The notes beneath the pieces are model-generated. The model was not told the origin of the DNA and did no database searches. It saw only the letters and a program-made list of their open reading frames with translations. Both the position numbers and the translations under genes were made by a program. A DNA stretch of 13,037 nucleotides from an uncultured archaeon (lineage in GTDB: Archaea; Asgardarchaeota; Jordiarchaeia; Jordiarchaeales; Jordiarchaeaceae): contig CAZECW010000073.1 of NCBI GenBank assembly GCA_964510585.1, positions 1 to 13,037 of the forward strand, read 5' to 3'. Positions 7,897 through 13,037 of the stretch are shown here, one piece after another (position 1 is the first letter of the stretch; each line of letters begins with the position of its first letter).

Positions 7897-8949
7897 TCAA
7901 ATAACTGCTTTTTCGCTTCCTTTTTGTCTACGCAAACTATTACGATAATAATTTAGAGGATGCTTTACCCCTTGGCACAACTCATTTTTTTCACATAGAC
8001 CATATGTTTGAAGTGTGCTGCATGTCGGTGGAGTATATTTTGTTCCACCTCCTCTAATTCCTGCGATATGCTCCACTTGATATCTAGTTAGTTCCTCATC
8101 AAAATCAGCAACATTACTAAATATTTCTACAAGCTCATCAACAGACATGCCTATATTTATCAGGAAAGAAGTGAGGGTAAACCTTGCGTGATGAGACATA
8201 CTTTTACCTGTAATAGCGTCGGATAAAATTTTCGATATGCAGGGAGGAAAACTATCTCTGGAGACTTCACCAAACCCTCCATCAATACCTTTATCTTTTT
8301 TTTGGGCTACTAACTTCGATTCTATAATATTAACCATTTCTTTTATTTCTGACGGCAGATCCGGTGGTTTACCTTTTTTTTCCATAAGGCGCCACTTTAC
8401 CGCTTCAGAGATCAACCTAGCCACATCATTTTTCCGAAGATATACGTAACCCCTATGCAAAACTCTGTTTACTAGTTTCCAGTATTTATCCTGAAAATAT
8501 GGAGCGTATTCCAAGTAGTTGACAACATTTAGTTCATAATCGTAAAAACGCCCACTAATGCTTTGGCGTGGCGCCTTTCTAATATCCCACCCAAATGTTT
8601 CTCTTGCAATATGAATCAGTTTATCATTTTCTTCCATAGCTAAAAGTTTATCAACACGTTTAGACTCTGCAACCGCATATCTTCTTCTTAAATAATCATC
8701 TCCTAGTGATTCGACAAGTAGACGCGCCAATGGAAAAGAAAGGAGCTCTTCTATGTAATTATCATCTTTGTAAGAAACGATTCCCTTTTCTAAAGCTTCA
8801 ATGATCCGTTCACTACCTCTTCTAAGAAGAGAAGAATATTTTGGAGAAACCAAATCCCCAATATCTAAATTTAGATTCTCAATATATTTCTGGGCTTCCT
8901 TTGTGAAGGGATACTTAGCTAAATCACCTTTGGATGACATAAACACCAT
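7897..8949 (-). CDS. priL: DNA primase large subunit with C-terminal Fe-S domain
   Basis: Has KYPF at the N-terminus and RGYVYL. The C-terminal domain FPPCI...HHARFTLTSFL...TRYQVEHIAG...YTPPTC...GLC...ELC...HPLNYY has four Cys. Alternative ATG at 8940. Confidence 0.96.
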   Translation of the reverse strand: MVFMSSKGDLAKYPFTKEAQKYIENLNLDIGDLVSPKYSSLLRRGSERIIEALEKGIVSYKDDNYIEELLSFPLARLLVESLGDDYLRRRYAVAESKRVDKLLAMEENDKLIHIARETFGWDIRKAPRQSISGRFYDYELNVVNYLEYAPYFQDKYWKLVNRVLHRGYVYLRKNDVARLISEAVKWRLMEKKGKPPDLPSEIKEMVNIIESKLVAQKKDKGIDGGFGEVSRDSFPPCISKILSDAITGKSMSHHARFTLTSFLINIGMSVDELVEIFSNVADFDEELTRYQVEHIAGIRGGGTKYTPPTCSTLQTYGLCEKNELCQGVKHPLNYYRNSLRRQKGSEKAVI

Positions 8950-9240
8950 TTCACTAACCCTTATCTAACATGGTTAATAAACAAAATTAATATTTTTCAT
9001 CCATTTCCTAATTTTGACCCTTAAACTAATATATCCTAGTTGGACATTTAAACACTTGTGAAAACAGTAAATTTAATTCAGAGAAACACACTACAATACA
9101 CACTAGTTTAAAGAGGCGCCTTACTTCCTCCAGAACTTTTCGCTTGGCATTATTCTTTCTGCAGATGTGTTATTACTAATTATAAAAATTTAAATTAAAA
9201 GACACATTGCTCTCAAATAGGATCCGTTTCTATAACTCCT

Positions 9241-9996
9241 TTATTCTGCTTCTATTCTTGGAGCTAGCCAATATGTTAAGCGCCCTCCGCCAATAATGTT
9301 GAATTCTAGTTTTATAGGCATACTGGTTGAGAACTGAACTGTAACTGTATCGCTTGCCGCCGCTGCCTTCATCATATCCATTAGGTAGCTGAGAGCATAC
9401 ATTGCTTTAGAATTTTCAGTTACATTTAACTCAAGGACTGCGTCGCTAGATTTAGGCAACCTGATTTCTACCCCTCCTGTATCTCCTGAAGCATTGATAT
9501 CCAACTCTTCGGGGGTGGCCTCAACTTCTACATGGTCACTTATCACTTCTGCGTCCTTCAAGGCTTCCTTCAAAGCGTCTGCAGTCATTTTGATTTCGGC
9601 GTTAAATTTAATTGAGGGAACAGGAGTTTCTTCATGTGTCAAATCAAGTAAGCCAATATGGAATGTGCGTATGGATGCGCCCTTAAACGTAACATTAAGC
9701 TTATTCTTTTCTGGATCGAGAGACAGTTCTAACGCGTCTCCGCCCCCCGCTCTTCTCATTATTCTGGACATATCCTCAAGGTTTATTCCCAGTTTAACTT
9801 CACCACTACAGTTATATTCGCTAAAGGCGTTTTTTGGTAGTTCGAAGTCAACCATAGCTACATGACTGGGATCCATCGCCCTGGCGTGCAGGGAATTTTT
9901 GTCTGCTATGAAAACTAGTTCATCGACTAAACCAGATAGAGCGTCTATAATGTTTTTCCAAAGCTTCGCATCCGTAAAGGCGAATTTAAGAGACAT
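9241..9996 (-). CDS. pcn: DNA polymerase sliding clamp PCNA
   Basis: Has RAMDPSHVAMVDF, LGINLEDM and C-terminal LTYWLAPRIE. ATG at 9996 follows AGGTGA (10007-10002), so the ORF-track GTG at 10005 is probably part of the SD. Confidence 0.98.
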   Translation of the reverse strand: MSLKFAFTDAKLWKNIIDALSGLVDELVFIADKNSLHARAMDPSHVAMVDFELPKNAFSEYNCSGEVKLGINLEDMSRIMRRAGGGDALELSLDPEKNKLNVTFKGASIRTFHIGLLDLTHEETPVPSIKFNAEIKMTADALKEALKDAEVISDHVEVEATPEELDINASGDTGGVEIRLPKSSDAVLELNVTENSKAMYALSYLMDMMKAAAASDTVTVQFSTSMPIKLEFNIIGGGRLTYWLAPRIEAE

Positions 9997-10170
9997 ACAT
10001 ATCACCTTTTTTAAGGGTTCTCAAATAAACTAATATAAGTGATTTGAGGTAAATCAACCCATGCCCCATTTAAATAATTAATTTACAGGTGCATATTTAC
10101 AGTCCCATTCATTTTTAAACAATTCTCATAATAATTCTGTTGTTCCCCTTTATAAGCTCCCTAGGTTAAG

Positions 10171-10542
10171 TCAAAACATCTTTTCTACAGATTTCTTTAA
10201 CCGCTCCACTTCTGAGCGTAACTCAATATTAAGTTTATTCATGTTTTGAATTATATTTGCGTTGATTTGTATTTCGCCATCTTCTTCTGCTGGTAAAACT
10301 GTTCCAAATACTCTTACCTTATCCCCTACTTTAACTTTGCTTAATATTGCATCATCAAAAGCCACAATTTTTGCCTTACCAGTCCCATCATCAATAAGGG
10401 CGACGTTTTGTCTTTTCTCTAAAACAACACCCAGAACTTTAATAAAAGAAACATCATTTACAGCAATATCCTTAATCTGTTTTTCAATTGCAGGATGCTT
10501 AGGTCTCCATGAACCGCCCTCATTACGCTGATTACGCGACAT
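10171..10542 (-). CDS. Small single-OB-fold protein, RPA14/RPA3-like replication protein A subunit
   Basis: Reads PAIEKQIKDI...VLGVV...IDDGTG...VGDKVRVFG...INANIIQNM followed by a C-terminal helix. This is the pattern I recall for Thermococcales RPA14 (PAVERKI...LDDGTG...VRVIG...IQDF). ATG at 10542; TTG at 10551 is an alternative. Confidence 0.75.
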   Translation of the reverse strand: MSRNQRNEGGSWRPKHPAIEKQIKDIAVNDVSFIKVLGVVLEKRQNVALIDDGTGKAKIVAFDDAILSKVKVGDKVRVFGTVLPAEEDGEIQINANIIQNMNKLNIELRSEVERLKKSVEKMF

Positions 10543-10656
10543 TAAAATCAACTCTTCAAATATTGAAACGTAAAGACTCTATTAAATGTATTACTGCCCC
10601 AAAAGTCAGGTGGATCTTCCTTAAAGTTCTAGGTTAATTGTGAATCTTTTATGAGA

Positions 10657-11142
10657 TTAGTTGGAGCGTTCAATTATGATTTGCTCCAAAGCCTCTCTAA
10701 GTATGTGGCACATTTTCGTCCTCTTTCTGGGGTCAATTGCAACCATTCCATACGTTTTTACATTTAAAAGATCTTCAACTTGCGAGGGCTTCATCGCACC
10801 TGGAAGATCCTGTTTATTAGCTATAGCTAAAACTATAGTATTAGGTTTATTGCAAAATTCTTCAATTATTTTGCGGGTGTTTAAAACGTTTACAGGGGTT
10901 GAATCAGTAACTACAAAGATGACCTTCGCTCCCCGCATAAAACCATTCCACAAAAAACGAAAACGATCTTGCCCCGCAATATCAAAGAGACTAACTTCGC
11001 ATTCACCCAATGTCACAAAACCGAATGATATACCGATGGTCTGTTCGTAGTTAGTGACTGTCCTATTTTCACTTAAAAGGGTTATGATACTGGTTTTCCC
11101 AACCGCGGGAAGCCCGATAAAAGCTACTTTTTCATGTCTCAT
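10657..11142 (-). CDS. Ras-superfamily small GTPase (Arf/Rab-like)
   Basis: G1 GLPAVGKT, G2 Thr in YEQTIG, G3 DIAGQ, G4 NKQD in ANKQDLPGAM; 161 aa. Confidence 0.92.
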   Translation of the reverse strand: MRHEKVAFIGLPAVGKTSIITLLSENRTVTNYEQTIGISFGFVTLGECEVSLFDIAGQDRFRFLWNGFMRGAKVIFVVTDSTPVNVLNTRKIIEEFCNKPNTIVLAIANKQDLPGAMKPSQVEDLLNVKTYGMVAIDPRKRTKMCHILREALEQIIIERSN

Positions 11143-11290
11143 TTATTCGTCCTCTCGTCACTTATAATGAGAACCAAATTTTATGTAGCTTATTTTAGAT
11201 TTTGAACCTTAGTGTTACTGTAATATTGATGAGGATATTCAGTATACAAATTTGTACAAATAAATATAGGGTCTAATAATTTTATATTAA

Positions 11291-11384
11291 AAACATACAT
11301 ACGCTGAAGCGTTCTAGACAGAGAATGAAAATAATTTTCATGGTAACCTACATAAGCTTCGCTTTTTAGGCAAAGTATGAAAAA
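11291..11384. repeat. Left part of a palindromic ~52-bp tandem repeat array (one partial and one degenerate unit)
   Basis: CATACGCTGAAGCGTTCTAGACAGAGAATGAAAA (ends 11331) and TTTTCATGGTAACC...TAGGCAAAGTATGAAAA (11335-11383) match the units right of the IS. Confidence 0.8.
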
Positions 11385-11419
11385 TCTTTTCTTGTTCTCC
11401 CGCGTCTTAATGGTGTTGT

Positions 11420-11573
11420 GGGCGCCGGTGGAAGACCGTTCTTATTTTGGGGCTCTTGACCCCCTTTAATGGTAAACTGGTCTTCGCCCCCTCTTGACGG
11501 CTAGACAAATTGGGCCTTGGAGCCCGCATGGCAAATTGTCGCCGATGACCTTTAAGGGGCGTCTCCGGCGCTC
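11420..11573 (+). ncRNA. Candidate IS110 bridge/seek RNA in the left non-coding end
   Basis: Nested stems: GGCGCCGG 11421-28 with CCGGCGCT 11565-72; GAAGACC 11431-37 with GGTCTTC 11479-85; GCCCC 11486-90 with GGGGC 11556-60; GACAA with TTGTC. The position upstream of the recombinase matches the IS110-type layout. Confidence 0.6.
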
Positions 11574-11594
11574 CAATATTAGGAGGTGTAGTTT

Positions 11595-12814
11595 GTGTTA
11601 GATAAGGCTTGCGGTGTGGATGTCCATAGGGACAGCCTCGTGGCAGACATCATAGGTGACGCCTCGGCGGAGAAGAGGGCTAGATTCGAGAACAGCTTGG
11701 AGGGCATAGAAAACATAAGGGCTTGGCTTAGAGAAAACGAATGTGAACATGTGGTTATGGAGTCCACGGGAGTTCACTGGGTTCCCCTCTACACAGCCCT
11801 TGAGGAGGCGGGGGTTCATGTGGTGCTGGCGAACGCCTACAAGGTTAAGAGCACACCAGGCCGTATGACCGACACCACAAGTGCACAGTGGTTGGCTCAG
11901 CTCCTGAGAAGCGGTTTGTTAAGCCGAGCTACGTTCCTGAGAGGGGGATTAGGGACTTGAGAGAGTTGACCCGGTTCCGGTTTTTAAGCTTGTTCAAACC
12001 AGAGCCGATTTTAAGAATCGGTGCCACAAGGTTCTTGAGAGGGTTAACATAAGGCTGGGTTCCAGACTCAGCGACATCTTTGGAAAGGCGGGGACGGAGA
12101 TCCTTTGAGGGCCTCATAAACGGAAAGACAATAGAGGACATAATTAACCAGAGCCAGAACAAGTGGCTGAAGAAGAGGAAGGAAGAGATTGTCAGGGTGG
12201 TTGGGGGAGCCTTAAGCCAGGTGGACATGTTCATACTGGGGAAGTGTGTGGACATGGTGAAGTACCTGGATCAGATGATTTGTAGGCTGGATGATATGAT
12301 TAGGGGATTGATTGATGAGGATGATTTAAATCTCTTGGCCACGGTTCCTGGTGTGGATGAGAGGGCGGCGGCTGTGATTCTGGCTGAGATTGGTGATGTG
12401 GAGCGTTTTAAGAGTGGTAAGAGTCTGGCTTCCTGGGCGGGTCTGGTTCCCTCTGTTCATGAGTCGGCGGGAAAGAACCTGACTGGAGGTATAACTAAGA
12501 GGGGTTCTAAGTGGCTTAGGCGTATTATGGTTCAGGTGGCTCATGCTGCAAAGAGGGTTAAGAATTCCCAGCTGAGAGAGTTTTACCTGCGGGTGAAGGC
12601 TAGGAAGGGTGAGAAGACTGCTGTTGTTGCCCTGGCCCGGAAGATTCTCACCATAATATATCACATTCTGGTTAACCGTGAGCCCTATGTTGAGGAAGGC
12701 TTCAAGAAGAGGCTTAGGCTCAGGGCTGCTGTACATCCAAGTGGGCTTTCCTTGGAGGATATGGCTGAGGTGTTGAGGAACGCCGGCTACCTGGTGAGTC
12801 CCCTCTCCGACTGA
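11595..12814 (+). pseudogene. IS110 transposase/recombinase with three frameshifts
   Basis: AGGAGGTG SD at 11581-88, then GTG 11595. Motifs GVDVH, MESTG and TD in the N-terminal RuvC-like domain; TVPGV, AEIGDVERF, SWAGLVPSVHESAG and VALARK in the C-terminal domain. Frame breaks at ~11920, ~11983 and ~12106. Confidence 0.88.
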
Positions 12815-12826
12815 AGGCGAAAAGCT

Positions 12827-13010
12827 TTTTCATGGCAAACCATTATACGCTTAAAGCGTCTTAGACAAAGTATGAAAATTTTTAGTTTTTCATGGGAACA
12901 TTCATACGCTTAAGCGTTTTAGACAGAAATATGAAAAAAGTTTTTCATGGCAAACCATTATACGCTTAAAGCGTCTTAGACAAAGTATGAAAAAAGTTTT
13001 TCATGGCAAA
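12827..13010. repeat. Right part of the palindromic tandem repeat array (3 full units and 1 partial)
   Basis: 12827-12878 and 12942-12993 are identical 52-mers, TTTTCATGGCAAACCATTATACGCTTAAAGCGTCTTAGACAAAGTATGAAAA. 12887-12937 is a 51-bp variant, and 12998-13010 starts a further unit. Confidence 0.93.
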
Positions 13011-13037
13011 TAAATGGTAAGGAAAACCCAAAACATG

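Larger units (their letters stand above)
11387..12829 (+). mobile_element. IS110-family insertion sequence (~1.44 kb), degenerate
   Basis: DEDD/Tnp recombinase remnants, a long structured upstream non-coding region and no obvious terminal inverted repeats. The sequence is visibly more GC-rich than the flanks. Both junctions share CTTTT/TTTTC and fall in a repeat linker, so ends are uncertain by a few nt. Confidence 0.88.

Noticed and set aside
8950-9240. Hidden small gene or RNA in the 290-bp pcn-priL gap
   Set aside because: I found only a 9-codon minus-strand ORF (MPSEKFWRK) and no convincing tRNA, C/D or stable fold. An unrecognised RNA cannot be fully excluded.
11245-11256. 12-bp palindrome TACAAATTTGTA upstream of the GTPase gene
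   Set aside because: It is AT-rich in an AT-rich intergenic region and has no second copy, so it is plausible by chance.
298-12736. Overlapping ORF-track entries (e.g. 298-627, 1772-1954, 2004-2264, 4645-5031, 5028-5348, 5410-5619, 5675-5869, 9494-9865, 10262-10531, 10661-11050, 11929-12255, 12326-12736)
   Set aside because: They are shadow frames or antisense to well-supported conserved genes and have no recognisable motifs.
11595-12814. Programmed -1 frameshift joining the two IS ORFs
   Set aside because: Three separate frame changes are needed, there is no canonical slippery heptamer, and IS110 recombinases are normally single ORFs.
12827-13010. CRISPR array or integron attC array
   Set aside because: Units are nearly contiguous (3-8 bp linkers) with no unique spacers or cassettes, no cas or integrase gene is present, and there are no RYYYAAC/GTTRRRY ends.

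Overview
This is an AT-rich archaeal window. A TACK/Asgard-type organism is inferred from gene content, and an Asgard archaeon is favoured because of the Arf/Rab-like small GTPase and the STT3-like AglB. From left to right: the start of a minus-strand membrane-protein gene with a hairpin leader, an ATP-NAD kinase-family gene, aglB and nop10 on +. Then comes a long minus-strand replication/translation cluster (small GTPase, RPA14-like OB protein, PCNA, PriL, PriS, GINS51, rpl44e, rps27e, aIF2-alpha). The window ends with a frameshifted IS110 element inserted into an array of ~52-bp palindromic repeats. The main discovery is that rpl44e (eL42), which the ORF track missed, is interrupted by a 33-nt insert (5685-5717) carrying two in-frame stops. 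The insert folds into a bulge-helix-bulge-type structure. Standard archaeal splicing-endonuclease cut positions remove exactly these 33 nt and restore a complete 91-aa L44e, so this is a candidate mRNA intron in a ribosomal-protein gene. All folds and alignments were done by eye, without database searches.
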